NCBI GenBank assembly: GCA_963706095.1
Contig: OY970149.1
Span: forward strand, 1,859,398-1,923,397
DNA from: an uncultured Chloroflexia bacterium
GTDB lineage: Bacteria; Chloroflexota; Limnocylindria; Limnocylindrales; CSP1-4
Direction of reading: 5' to 3'
DNA: 64,000 nucleotides
The translations under genes and the position numbers were made by a program. The notes under the pieces were generated by a model. It was given only the letters and a program-made list of their open reading frames with translations. It did no database searches and had not been told where the DNA came from. The number at the start of each line of letters is the position of its first letter. The first letter of the stretch is position 1. Below are positions 9,110-18,682 of this stretch, piece after piece.

Positions 9110-10015
9110 GTGGTTTCGTCGACGAGCCTGGGCCTGGTTGGATTTCGGATTTCTGCCACTGACGGAAGCGGCATCGACTGGCCGCGCCTGGAACAGACCT
9201 GGGCACTGGCCGGCCAGAACCAGGTCTTCAGCGCGGGCTGGCTGAGCGACCATCTGTCGGACGCCGGCCGCGAGCGCGGCGGTGCCGCATTCGAGGCGTT
9301 CACTACGGCCGCCGCGCTGGCTCACCACGTACCCGGCAGGTGGATCGGCCTGGCGGTGGCAGCCAACACGTTCCGCCACCCGTCGGTCCTCGCCAAGCAG
9401 GCGACGATGCTCGACATCGTCACCGGCGGACGCTTCATCCTGGGTCTTGGGGCGGGCTGGCACGTCGGCGAGCACGAGGCGTTCGGTATTGCGCTGCCCG
9501 AGCCGCGCGAGCGAGTCGACCGCTACGAGTCGGCGCTGCGCGTGCTCGGAGCCCTCTTCAGCGACGGGGCGCGCACGGCGCCCGGCGTGACGCTCGACGA
9601 CCCGATCTACCCGCTCGACCGGGCCACCAACGAGCCGCCACCCATCACGCCCACCGGGCCGCCACTCTGGCTGAGTGGGCTCGGCCCGCGAACGCTCAAG
9701 CTCGTGGGAAGATACGCGTCGGGCTGGCCAATGCCGGGCACGCACGCCGGCGAGGTCGAGTACTTCGTCGAGAAGCGGGACCTGATCCTGCGCGTACTCG
9801 ACGCCGCCGGCAGAAACGCCGAGAGCTTCACCTTCGCGGCCCAAATCGATGCCGGTGCGGACGTGGCCTCGCGCCGGGCGGCGCTCGAGGCAGCGCGTGG
9901 ATTGCGAAGAGCGGGCGCGCACCACGTGATCATCGGCATCCCCGGACGTGCCGCTCCAGGAGCGCTGCCGGCCATGGTGCGCGAGGTCGCGGAGCCGCTG
10001 ATGGAGGCCGCTTGA
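9110..10015 (+). CDS. Luciferase-like monooxygenase (LLM) class, F420-dependent-type oxidoreductase
   Basis: ORF 9110..10015, 301 aa. LLM hallmarks present: ...WLSDHL..., FILGLGAGWHVGEHEAFGI. GTG start. Confidence 0.8.
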   Translation: MVSSTSLGLVGFRISATDGSGIDWPRLEQTWALAGQNQVFSAGWLSDHLSDAGRERGGAAFEAFTTAAALAHHVPGRWIGLAVAANTFRHPSVLAKQATMLDIVTGGRFILGLGAGWHVGEHEAFGIALPEPRERVDRYESALRVLGALFSDGARTAPGVTLDDPIYPLDRATNEPPPITPTGPPLWLSGLGPRTLKLVGRYASGWPMPGTHAGEVEYFVEKRDLILRVLDAAGRNAESFTFAAQIDAGADVASRRAALEAARGLRRAGAHHVIIGIPGRAAPGALPAMVREVAEPLMEAA

Positions 10016-10791
10016 CCAGCTATTTCGTCCGGGCCGGACCCAATCGCTTCAGGCCGACCGAACACACCGGGGGCGGCTGGGATCCACGGGAGCAGCATTT
10101 CAGTCCGATGGGCGGCCTGATGACCCATTGCATCGACCGCTTCGTCGCGACCCGTGAAGCGGACGACCTGCTGACCTCGCAGATCACGTTCGACATTCTC
10201 GGAACGGTCTCGATGGACGAATTCGACGTCACGGTCGAGACCATCAGGCCGGGCAGATCGATCGAGCTGCTGGAGGCCGTGGCCGTATCGCGTGGCCGGC
10301 CCGTCGTCAGGGGCCGGGCGTGGCGCCTTCTCCGGTCCGATACGTCGACCGTCGCCGGCGGCACGCCAGCGCCCCTCCCGCACCCGGACGAGGTCGAGCC
10401 GCACTCTCTCAGCGCCACCTGGCCGGGTGGCTACATCGCGTCGCTCGAGTTCCGTCCGATCGATCGCTCTGCCACCGGCCACGCGGTCGCCTGGGTAAGG
10501 ACGTCTGTGGATCTTGTCGCCGATGAAGAGGCGAGCGACCTCGCCCGCTTCGTCACGCTGCTCGACACGGCCAACGGGATCGCGCCGCGCGCTGCACCGA
10601 ACGAGTGGTTCTATCCGAACGTCGACCTGTCACTCCATCTCTACCGCGAGCCGCGCGGCGAATGGGCCGGCCTCGATGCGAGCGTCGTGTTCGGCGCAGA
10701 CGGCCGCGGCCTCACGAGCACGGTCTTGCACGATACGGATGGGCCGGTTGGCCGCGCGGAGCAGTCGCTGACGGTCCGCGCGGCGCGTTAG
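10012..10791 (+). CDS. Thioesterase-like (TesB/4HBT_3-like) protein
   Basis: Distal part of ORF 9340..10791. I place the start at TTG 10012, which overlaps the upstream stop (TTGA) and has GGAGG 5 nt upstream. The sequence ...GGGWDPREQHFSPMGGL...LSLHLYREP... resembles double hot-dog acyl-CoA thioesterases. Confidence 0.55.
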   Translation: MTSYFVRAGPNRFRPTEHTGGGWDPREQHFSPMGGLMTHCIDRFVATREADDLLTSQITFDILGTVSMDEFDVTVETIRPGRSIELLEAVAVSRGRPVVRGRAWRLLRSDTSTVAGGTPAPLPHPDEVEPHSLSATWPGGYIASLEFRPIDRSATGHAVAWVRTSVDLVADEEASDLARFVTLLDTANGIAPRAAPNEWFYPNVDLSLHLYREPRGEWAGLDASVVFGADGRGLTSTVLHDTDGPVGRAEQSLTVRAAR

Positions 10792-10813
10792 CGCTGTGCC
10801 AGACTGAGCCGCG

Positions 10814-12205
10814 GTGTCACTGCCGAGGGATCCATCACGCGTTCTGAGACTCGCACTGCGCGCGGCGGTCGAGCTTCTCCGGTCCGGCGCGCAGTCGGAC
10901 GATGTCGAGGATGCAATCGTCGACGTCTGCGCCGCGTACGGGGTCGCGCCGGTCCAGGCAGCGGTGACTTTTTCGATCATCTCCGTCTCGCACGACAGCG
11001 AGGCATCCGGCCCGCAGACCATCGTCCACATCGTTCGCGACCGGACCCCCGACTTCGGTCACCTGGCCGGTGCCAGTGGCGTCGTCCGGCGCATTCGCGA
11101 GGAGCAGCTCGATCTCGATGCTGCCGAGCGCGAGCTTGCGACCATCGAGAGCTCCACTCCGCCATACCACCGGGCGTTGTTGTTCGCGGCACCGGGCGTC
11201 TCGGCAGCGGGCTCGACCCTCGTCTTCGCCGGGACAGCGCTCGATGCGACGGCCACGCTGGGCATCGCGCTGTTGCTGCAGCCAGCGATCTCAGCGCTGG
11301 ATCGTTCGACTTTTCCGCCCTTCTTCCGCTCGATCTTCGGTGCCTTCGCCACGACGCTGCTCGTGGCCCTGCTCGTGGGCGTCGGTCTGCCTGTCGCGGG
11401 TGGGCTGGTGCTGACCGGCAGCCTGCTCCGCTTCCTGCCCGGCGGCGCCCTGGTCTCGGGGTTCCGCGATCTCGTCGGTGAGTCGATCATGTCCGGGTCG
11501 GCACGGCTCGCGGAGGCACTCCTCCTGGCTGCCGGTGTGGCCATCGGGACGGCATTCGGCGTGGCCATCGGTGCGTCGTTTGACGTCGAGCTGGCGATCA
11601 CAACCGCCGGCTCGCAGGATTGGGGCCTGCTCATCGGCGTTCCCGCGGCGTTTGTGGCGGTGGCCGGCTTCGCCGTTCGTCTCGGGATGCCGGTCGGGGC
11701 CGTCGTTGGCGCGGCAGCGCTCGGCGCGCTGGCATGGCTCCTGTACATCACGTTGGTTGATGTTCGACAGATCGCCGATGCTTCGGCGGCGACCTTCATC
11801 GCCGCGATCGTGGTCGGTGTGCTAGGCCGCCTCATCGCTCAGCGCTTCAAGACACCGGCGGCCATCTGGATCGTGCCCGCGATCCTGCTCCTGCTGCCCG
11901 GCCTGCAGCTGGTCACGGCGATGCTCGCCCGGACGAACGCGGCACGGATCGAAGGGCTGCTCGCCGCCGCGACCACAGCCTTCCTGCTCGGTACTGGAGT
12001 GGCTTCCGGCGACATCATCATCTCCACGGCGCGGCGCCTGCGTGAGCGTGTTGTCCAGCCGGCGGTCGGTGCCGTGGCCGGTGGCGTCGACGTCTTCCTG
12101 GTCGATCCGGTCGAGCGCGCGGCAGAGCGCTTCATTCCGCAGTCCAACCGCAGGCCGAAGACGCCCACCTCGGCCGACGAATCCCAACTTGCAGACAACG
12201 GCTGA
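10814..12205 (+). CDS. Threonine/serine exporter (ThrE) family membrane protein
   Basis: ORF 10814..12205, 463 aa. Soluble N-terminal region (LRLALRAAVELLRSGAQSDDVEDAI...) followed by two hydrophobic blocks, as in DUF1212+DUF3815 proteins. Confidence 0.7.
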   Translation: MSLPRDPSRVLRLALRAAVELLRSGAQSDDVEDAIVDVCAAYGVAPVQAAVTFSIISVSHDSEASGPQTIVHIVRDRTPDFGHLAGASGVVRRIREEQLDLDAAERELATIESSTPPYHRALLFAAPGVSAAGSTLVFAGTALDATATLGIALLLQPAISALDRSTFPPFFRSIFGAFATTLLVALLVGVGLPVAGGLVLTGSLLRFLPGGALVSGFRDLVGESIMSGSARLAEALLLAAGVAIGTAFGVAIGASFDVELAITTAGSQDWGLLIGVPAAFVAVAGFAVRLGMPVGAVVGAAALGALAWLLYITLVDVRQIADASAATFIAAIVVGVLGRLIAQRFKTPAAIWIVPAILLLLPGLQLVTAMLARTNAARIEGLLAAATTAFLLGTGVASGDIIISTARRLRERVVQPAVGAVAGGVDVFLVDPVERAAERFIPQSNRRPKTPTSADESQLADNG

Positions 12206-12257
12206 GGCAACGCTCTCGGCACGGAACCAAAACGGCAGGTGCGGCGTTTCTTCGCCG

Positions 12258-12950
12258 ATGAGGGCTCCTGCCTGGCTGCTCGTGCTGCCCCTGGTCGTGG
12301 CCTGCGCCTCCGCGCCCGGCGACTCCCCGACACCGGTAAGCGTGGCCACGCCAACGCTCAGCCCAACGGCTACGCCACGAGCCACGCCCGCGCCCACGCC
12401 GGAGCCAGTGCTCGATTTCCCACCCGTGACGGGCGTGGCCCTCGAGCCCGGCCGCTACTCGAGCCAGCCGCCTTTCGACGTCCCGTTCAGCTTCGAGATT
12501 CCGGTCGATGGCTGGGGCACCGCCCATCACCACGCAGATTTTCTCGACATCATCCAGCCCGTCTCGGTGGGCGTTTCGCCGACACGGTGGGTGGCCTTTG
12601 CACGACCGGAGGTCCTGTATGGGATCGAGGACATCCCAGCCGACGGCTTGACACCGGCCGATGTCGTCGCGGTCTTCGACGGCAGGTCAGACATGGAGGT
12701 TGGTGAGCCACGGCCGTACGAGATCGACGGATTGGCAGGCCTGGTCTTCGAGATGTCGACCGACCAAACCGATGTGGAGCCTTTCGGCGGTCCCGGTGGC
12801 GATCTACAGCTCGATCCAGCGTATGAAACCCGGACCATCGCCGTCTCGGTCGACGGGGCGCCGCTGCTGGTCATTGTCTTCGCGCCGCGCGGCGAGATGG
12901 AGGATGCCTGGGCCGACAGCAAGCCGGTGGTCGATAGCATCCGCTGGTGA
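12258..12950 (+). CDS. Lipoprotein, unknown function
   Basis: ORF 12042..12950. Start moved to ATG 12258, which gives a signal peptide with lipobox (LPLVVA|C). Confidence 0.55.
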   Translation: MRAPAWLLVLPLVVACASAPGDSPTPVSVATPTLSPTATPRATPAPTPEPVLDFPPVTGVALEPGRYSSQPPFDVPFSFEIPVDGWGTAHHHADFLDIIQPVSVGVSPTRWVAFARPEVLYGIEDIPADGLTPADVVAVFDGRSDMEVGEPRPYEIDGLAGLVFEMSTDQTDVEPFGGPGGDLQLDPAYETRTIAVSVDGAPLLVIVFAPRGEMEDAWADSKPVVDSIRW

Positions 12951-13366
12951 GTCTGCCCCGCCAGCCGAAGCGCTTCCCGATTCGCATCGGCCCCAGATCC
13001 CGTCTGCTGTTGCGCGCGCTCTTTGGAGTCACGCCCGAGAACGCCTACGTTGACTTGAGCGATGAGCTCGACGCACGTTTCGGCTGGTCGCGCGTCACCA
13101 CTCCGATCTCGAACATCGCCCGATGGCGAATCGAGGGTCCGTGGCTGTGGATCACCGCGATCGGGGTGAGGCGCGGCATCTTTCGCCACGATGTTTCATT
13201 CGGCGGCAACCATCGCGGTGGGGTGCGCCTCGACTTCCATCAACCGGTCAAGTACTTCTTCCTCAAGCCGCCCATCCTGTACGTGACTGTCGCCGATCTC
13301 GAGGGCCTCACGCAGCTGCTCAGCGCGGCCGGCATTCCCGGTGAGGACACCCGTGCCAATCAGTGA
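12947..13366 (+). CDS. Hypothetical protein
   Basis: ORF 12947..13366. GTG start overlaps the upstream stop (GTGA). No recognisable motif. Confidence 0.4.
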   Translation: MSLPRQPKRFPIRIGPRSRLLLRALFGVTPENAYVDLSDELDARFGWSRVTTPISNIARWRIEGPWLWITAIGVRRGIFRHDVSFGGNHRGGVRLDFHQPVKYFFLKPPILYVTVADLEGLTQLLSAAGIPGEDTRANQ

Positions 13367-14046
13367 ATGATCTCGGCGGCGCGGCCGCGGCGGTCGACTG
13401 ACAGTCGTCCGTCGACCAGGGCAAAGATCGGCAGATCCAGCCCGTTGGGATCCTCCTCGGCGATCTCGTCACGCAGCCAGGCGATCATCTCGCGGTCCGT
13501 GTCGAACGGTGCCGCAAGGAGGAGGTTGCGCATCGGCGCGACAAGCAGCCGGGGTTCGTCCCCATAACGCTGCACCAGCTCGTCCTCCAGGAGCAGCAGG
13601 CCCGACGCCAGGCCGCCGTTTGATTGATACCACCAGACGGGCACGTCGGCGACTGTCCCGTACTCCATCTCCACGAAGCGCTCGGCTGCGATCGACGTGC
13701 GCAGGTTCGCCATCGCCCGCGCGAACGCCTCATCCGCACTGACCGGCCACGTCTCGAGGACATTCGCGCCGACGTACAGGAAAGCTGGCCCGATATCAAC
13801 GCCGAGTGCGACGCTCAGGCCGGGCTCGACGCTGAACATGACCGGCCGCTCGACGCCGGGCGGCAGTGGCCTGCGCCGCACGAAAACGGGGCGCAGGCCG
13901 TATTGCAGCGAAGCCCAGTCAAGCTCTGGCGGCAGTGCCTCGATTGCCGCCCGGACCTCGGTCCGGCTGGGGCCTACGATCATCGATGCCTCGTCGTGAC
14001 GCCGGCCGCCCCGGCCGCCCGCTGCTCGCCTGTTCACGCCAGCCAT
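13360..14046 (-). CDS. Hypothetical protein (start uncertain; alternative ATG at 13983)
   Basis: ORF 13360..14046. Composition looks protein-like from MIVGPSRTEVRAAIEAL... onward. No recognisable motif. Confidence 0.45.
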   Translation of the reverse strand: MAGVNRRAAGGRGGRRHDEASMIVGPSRTEVRAAIEALPPELDWASLQYGLRPVFVRRRPLPPGVERPVMFSVEPGLSVALGVDIGPAFLYVGANVLETWPVSADEAFARAMANLRTSIAAERFVEMEYGTVADVPVWWYQSNGGLASGLLLLEDELVQRYGDEPRLLVAPMRNLLLAAPFDTDREMIAWLRDEIAEEDPNGLDLPIFALVDGRLSVDRRGRAAEIIH

Positions 14047-14072
14047 CTTGGCCGCGGAGACTCATCGACGAG

Positions 14073-16733
14073 TTAGCCCGGGCTTATCTCCGCGTTATCC
14101 GCGTCGACGTCATCGAGCGCGTAGGCGGATGCCTCCTCCGCCGACATACGCGTGCCCGCCTCCCAATCGGCCTTTGACTGGGGGTCATCGCTCGGCTTGG
14201 TTGGCGCCAGGAAGTCGACAAGATCGATTGGGCTGTCAATCAGCGCCGCGCCCGTCGCCTGGCGCAGGCTCTGGGATGCTCCGCCGAGCCGGTCAGCGCG
14301 TCGCTGCTGTCCGCGATCGGCGGCAAACGTGTGAAAGCCGATGAGGTTGAGCAGAATCCCGGCCCGGTCGTCAACCCGCCGGAACGTCTCGAGCGACTCG
14401 CGCAGGTATGCCTCAGCTTGCTCGGTGTCATTTTCGCGCGCAGTGAGGCCGGCGAGCAGATACAGGCCCCATCCGATCCGGAATGGGTCGCCCACGCGTC
14501 GGTAGCCCTGTAATGCTTCCCTGCCGTGTTCGATCGCTGCCCTGCGATCGCCCTGACCGGCGCGGGCCATGGCGAGGCCCCAGCTTGCGTCGGCCACGCC
14601 CTTGGGATCGTCGAGTTGGCGGTAGAGCTCGAGCGCCTCCAGCCACGGCTTCTCCCCCGCGGCGTAGAGCTCGTTGTTCATCCGTGCCTGCTCGATCGGC
14701 GCGAAGCCAAAGTTGTAGAGCGCCTCGGCCAGCAGGGCACGGTCACCTGACTCGCGCGCAGCCTCGATCGCTCGGCTGTAGTAGCGATGCGTGCTTGGCA
14801 CATCGGCCTGCCAGTAGCAGATGCTGCCGGCCGCTCCAAGGCCGCGCGCTCGCAGCGCCGCGGCCTGCGCCGGAAAGCCAGGCAGCGCTGCAACTGCGTC
14901 GACACGTCGGCGCGCCTCGGTCAGGTGGCCGCGCACCTGCCAGAAGCGCCACATCGCGACGATGAAGCGCAATGCGTTCTCAGCCTGGTCATTGGCCACG
15001 GCCCAATCGAGGGCGGCGCGCAGGTTGTCGTGATCCTGCTCCAGGCGGTCGGCATGGTCGCGGCCGTCCGGCGCGGTCAGCTCGGGCGCGAGCCGCTCTG
15101 CGAGCTCGAGGTAGGTCTCGGCATGCTTGCGCGCCAGGACCGCGAAGTCGACGCTCGACTCGAGTCGCTCGTGCGCGTAGTCGCGGATCGTCGTGAGCAT
15201 CGAGTAGCGCGGATCGACGGCGCCGTAGAGCTCGGGTCGGACGAGGCTCTTCTCAGAAAGCGAGGTCAAGCCGTCGAGCACGTCCTCGCCCAGGTCCTGG
15301 GGCGGGCCACAAACGGCATCCGCTTCGCTCAGGTACGCGCCACCGGCATGGACCGAGAAGCGCTCGAAGAGCTTTCGATCGGGTCCTTCCAAGAGGTCGT
15401 ACGACCAGTCGATCGCGCCGCGCAAGGTCTGTTGACGTCCCGGCAGATCGCGCGATCCGCCGGTCAGCAGCGCGAGGTGCTGGTCGAGGCGCGAATGGAT
15501 GGCCGCCACCGGCAGCGAGCGGGTGCGCGCCGCGGCGAGCTCGATCGCCAGCGGCAGACCGTCGAGGCGGCGCACGATGTCGACCACCAGTGGCGCGTTT
15601 TCGTCGGTGAGCATGAACTGCGGCTGCGCGGCCCGGGCTCGGTCGGCGAAGAGCTCGACGGCCTCGTAGCGGCCTGCCTCGTCGGCCGTGGTCACGACTA
15701 CGTCCGCGGGCGGCAGGCCGAGTGGCGGCACCGGGAACTCGCTTTCGCCGTACACCCGCAGCACGATGCGCGTCGTGACCAGGATCTTGATCTGCGGCGC
15801 CTCGCGCAGCAGCCGGCCGACGATCGCGCCGGCGTCGACGACCTGCTCGAAGTTGTCGAGCACGAGCAGCAGGACGCGTTCGCGAACGTAGTCGATCAGT
15901 GCTGCGAGCGGATCGGCCGTACCCGACAGGGTCAGGCCGAGCACCGCCGCAATCGCGGGCGGCACCAGCTCGGGATCTGTGACCGACTCGAGCTCCACGA
16001 AGTGGACGCCGTGCTCGTACTCGTCACTCACGTCGGCAGCGAGCTGGAGCGCGAGGCGCGTCTTGCCCGTGCCGCCCGGTCCGGTCAGGCTGAGCAATCG
16101 TGTCCCGGCCAGCGCCTCGCGCGCCGCGGCAAGCTCAGCTCGGCCGACGAAAGTCGTCAGCTGGACGGGCAGGTTCGCCTGGTGGGCATTCAGGGTCTTG
16201 AGCTGCGGAAAGCGCTCCTCGAGCCCTTCGGCGGCGAGTTGGTAGATGCGCTCAGGAGCCGCGAGATCCTTGAAACGGTGCTGGCCCAGGTCGCGCAGCT
16301 CGACGCCGCTGGGCAGGGACGACGCCAGCCTGCGCGTGGCCTCCGAGACGAGCACCTGACCGCCGTGGCCCGCAGCCGTGATGCGCGCGACCTCATGCAG
16401 CACCAGGCCCACGTAATCAGCGCCCGAGTCGGTCGCTTCCCCGCTGTGAATGCCCATGCGAACGCGGATCACGCCGTCGCCGGGCCATTCGTGTTCGGTC
16501 AGTGCTTGCTGCGCGACTACCGCAGCGGAAATCGCACCTCCGGCTGTCGGGAACGCACAGAAGAGCGCATCGCCCTCGCTTCCGAAGACACGGCCGCCGA
16601 ACGTCTCAACCGCCGTCGAGATCAGCGCTCGGTGCTCCTGGAGCAATGCCGGATACCTGTCGCCCAGGCCCTGGATCAGGCGCGTCGAGCCCTCGATGTC
16701 GGTGAACAGGAACGTATGCGTGGCGCTGCCCAG
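14073..16733 (-). CDS. Class III adenylate/guanylate cyclase domain - AAA/NB-ARC-like ATPase - TPR signalling protein
   Basis: ORF 14073..16646 (TTG). The conserved cyclase N-terminus ...THTFLFTDIEGSTRLIQGLGDRYPA continues in frame upstream to 16733, directly after the TAG of the preceding gene. The only start-like codon there is CTG. Walker A GPGGTGKTRLA is present, followed by C-terminal TPR-like repeats. Confidence 0.8.
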   Translation of the reverse strand: MGSATHTFLFTDIEGSTRLIQGLGDRYPALLQEHRALISTAVETFGGRVFGSEGDALFCAFPTAGGAISAAVVAQQALTEHEWPGDGVIRVRMGIHSGEATDSGADYVGLVLHEVARITAAGHGGQVLVSEATRRLASSLPSGVELRDLGQHRFKDLAAPERIYQLAAEGLEERFPQLKTLNAHQANLPVQLTTFVGRAELAAAREALAGTRLLSLTGPGGTGKTRLALQLAADVSDEYEHGVHFVELESVTDPELVPPAIAAVLGLTLSGTADPLAALIDYVRERVLLLVLDNFEQVVDAGAIVGRLLREAPQIKILVTTRIVLRVYGESEFPVPPLGLPPADVVVTTADEAGRYEAVELFADRARAAQPQFMLTDENAPLVVDIVRRLDGLPLAIELAAARTRSLPVAAIHSRLDQHLALLTGGSRDLPGRQQTLRGAIDWSYDLLEGPDRKLFERFSVHAGGAYLSEADAVCGPPQDLGEDVLDGLTSLSEKSLVRPELYGAVDPRYSMLTTIRDYAHERLESSVDFAVLARKHAETYLELAERLAPELTAPDGRDHADRLEQDHDNLRAALDWAVANDQAENALRFIVAMWRFWQVRGHLTEARRRVDAVAALPGFPAQAAALRARGLGAAGSICYWQADVPSTHRYYSRAIEAARESGDRALLAEALYNFGFAPIEQARMNNELYAAGEKPWLEALELYRQLDDPKGVADASWGLAMARAGQGDRRAAIEHGREALQGYRRVGDPFRIGWGLYLLAGLTARENDTEQAEAYLRESLETFRRVDDRAGILLNLIGFHTFAADRGQQRRADRLGGASQSLRQATGAALIDSPIDLVDFLAPTKPSDDPQSKADWEAGTRMSAEEASAYALDDVDADNAEISPG

Positions 16734-17333
16734 CTAGAACTCCTCGAGCACCAGGTTCGTGCCCGGACAGCTCAAGCCAAGGTCCGCGAGCCCGGCCAGC
16801 TGCCCGTTGGTCGCGTCAACGGCGCGCGCCACCTGGTTGCGTGCCTGGCGGGCCGCACGGCCGAGCTGCCTCCCGCCCTCGTCGAACCACGCCTGGTAGG
16901 CCGTGGCGGTGGCGGCATGCAGCTCGAGCATCGCGGTCAGGTCGGCCTTCACCTCGGCCGCGGGCTCCCAGTCACGAATCCGCGCGACCGCGGCCGTAGC
17001 GATCGGGATCGTCTCGGCGAGCTCCGTGGTCAGGCCGACCGCGTCGTCGCGGGCGTCGTCGTCGAGCGCGCGCTGGATGTCGATGACCAGCTCGTGAGTG
17101 ACGACGGTGTCGCCGAAGCCAGTGCAAAATGCCACGTCCCAGCCCACCGGCCAGTCGCCGGCGATGGGCGTCGGGCTCGAGTCGCTCGGGCTCGATATCG
17201 GCTCCCGGGTTGGAATGGGCGTGAAGTCGAGCTCGACCAGCGACGCGCTGGGGCGAGCCGTCCCGCTCGGCGAGTCGCAGGCGACGGCGACAGCCGCGAT
17301 GAGCAGCGCGACACACACAGTCAACCAACGCAT
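16734..17333 (-). CDS. Lipoprotein, unknown function
   Basis: ORF 16734..17453. Start moved to ATG 17333 (MRWLTVCVALLIAAVAVA|C lipobox). Confidence 0.55.
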   Translation of the reverse strand: MRWLTVCVALLIAAVAVACDSPSGTARPSASLVELDFTPIPTREPISSPSDSSPTPIAGDWPVGWDVAFCTGFGDTVVTHELVIDIQRALDDDARDDAVGLTTELAETIPIATAAVARIRDWEPAAEVKADLTAMLELHAATATAYQAWFDEGGRQLGRAARQARNQVARAVDATNGQLAGLADLGLSCPGTNLVLEEF

Positions 17334-17404
17334 CGTGTTTCCCACAGGCCGAGCGTGAGCATAACTGTCACCATGCGCCGATGGCACGCGCCACTGCTGG
17401 ACCG

Positions 17405-18682
17405 ATGCTCGAGCTATCCGATGATGAGCGTGCTCTTCTGCGCGGCGACGCATCGGAGGCGTTGGCGATGGCCATGCACGTCATCGTCAAGATGGCCGAG
17501 GTGTCGGGCGCCGAGCGACTGATCGAGATAAGCACCGCGCATATCGATTCGTGTCTCTACCACGGCCCGGCCGGCCTTGATTTCGCGCAGCGGCTGGTCG
17601 CGGGCGGTGGGCTTGTGTGTGTGCCGACGACGCTCAACGTATCGGCGCTTGACCTGCTCCACCCCGAGCTGATCAGGCTCGATCCTGAAACGCGCACGCA
17701 GGCCGGATTGTTGATGGATGCCTACGTGGCGCTGGGCTGCGCTCCAACCTGGACCTGCGCGCCGTACCAGCTGCCCGACCGACCGGCGTTCGGACAGCAC
17801 GTGGCCTGGGCCGAGTCGAACGCGATCGTGTTCGCGAACTCGGTTCTGGGCGCGCGCACCGGCCGCTACGGCGACTTCGTCGACATCTGCGCGGCCCTGA
17901 CCGGACGCGTCCCGTTGAGCGGGCTGCACACCGACGACGGCCGGCGCGCACGCATCGCGTTCCTTATCGAAGAGCAGCTCGCGACCCGGCTGGCCGACCA
18001 GCCACCTACCGAAGAGGTGTACGGGTTGGTCGGCCATGTCGTTGGCCGCCGTGCCGGTAGCGTCGTCCCGGCCATCGTGGGCCTGCCCGCGTTCGCGAGC
18101 GAGGACGATCTGAAGGCGCTCGGCGCGGCGGCGGCTTCCTCCGGCTCGGTCGCGCTGTGCCACGTCGTCGGCGTGACTCCCGAGGCGGGCACGCTCGACG
18201 AGGCATGTGGCGGCGCGGCGCCGGGTGAGGTTTTGACCATCACCACGGCCGATCTCGACGCGGCCTGGGACGAGCTCACCACCGCGTCAACCGGCGCGGA
18301 GCTGGCCGCGGTCAGCGTCGGCACGCCGCACTTCTCGAGCGCCGAGTTCGACCGCCTCGAGACGCTGCTCGACAGCCGCGCCGCGCGTGTTCCGATGTAC
18401 GTCTCGACCGGGCGCGACATCCTCGCTGCGATCGAAGCCACAGGCCTCGCTGCGCTGCTGCGCAACAGCGGCGTGACCCTGGTGACTGACACGTGCACCT
18501 ACATCACGCCCATTCTCGACGGCCGGCGGACTGGCGCGGTGATGACGAACTCGGCCAAATGGGCGTGGTACGCGCCGGCCAACATGGATGTGGAAGTGGT
18601 CTACGGCGGGCTCGCAGATTGCGTCGAATCGGCCGTGGCTGGAAGGGTCGTACGTGGTCGACCGAGCTATTTGGACCGCTGA
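17405..18682 (+). CDS. Aconitase X catalytic subunit (DUF521)
   Basis: ORF 17381..18682 (alternative ATG at 17381). MLELSDDERALLRGDASEALAMAMHVIVKMAEV...AHIDSC... matches the DUF521/AcnX large-subunit pattern. Confidence 0.8.
   Translation: MLELSDDERALLRGDASEALAMAMHVIVKMAEVSGAERLIEISTAHIDSCLYHGPAGLDFAQRLVAGGGLVCVPTTLNVSALDLLHPELIRLDPETRTQAGLLMDAYVALGCAPTWTCAPYQLPDRPAFGQHVAWAESNAIVFANSVLGARTGRYGDFVDICAALTGRVPLSGLHTDDGRRARIAFLIEEQLATRLADQPPTEEVYGLVGHVVGRRAGSVVPAIVGLPAFASEDDLKALGAAAASSGSVALCHVVGVTPEAGTLDEACGGAAPGEVLTITTADLDAAWDELTTASTGAELAAVSVGTPHFSSAEFDRLETLLDSRAARVPMYVSTGRDILAAIEATGLAALLRNSGVTLVTDTCTYITPILDGRRTGAVMTNSAKWAWYAPANMDVEVVYGGLADCVESAVAGRVVRGRPSYLDR

Noticed and set aside
16734-16736. 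In-frame TAG between the lipoprotein and the cyclase, considered as programmed read-through or pyrrolysine.
   Set aside because: No pyl genes or read-through signals are visible. A fusion of an exported lipoprotein with a cytoplasmic cyclase-ATPase and no TM segment makes no topological sense. A separate gene with an unusual start is simpler.
14787-17522. A 911-aa plus-strand ORF, and many similar long ORFs (e.g. 19821-21410, 27317-28618, 37020-38063, 9340-10011, 42382-43890, 26678-27370).
   Set aside because: They are antisense or out of frame relative to genes with clear homology, and they are Arg/Gly/Ala/Pro-rich with no motifs. This is the usual stop-codon-poor shadow-ORF effect in high-GC DNA.
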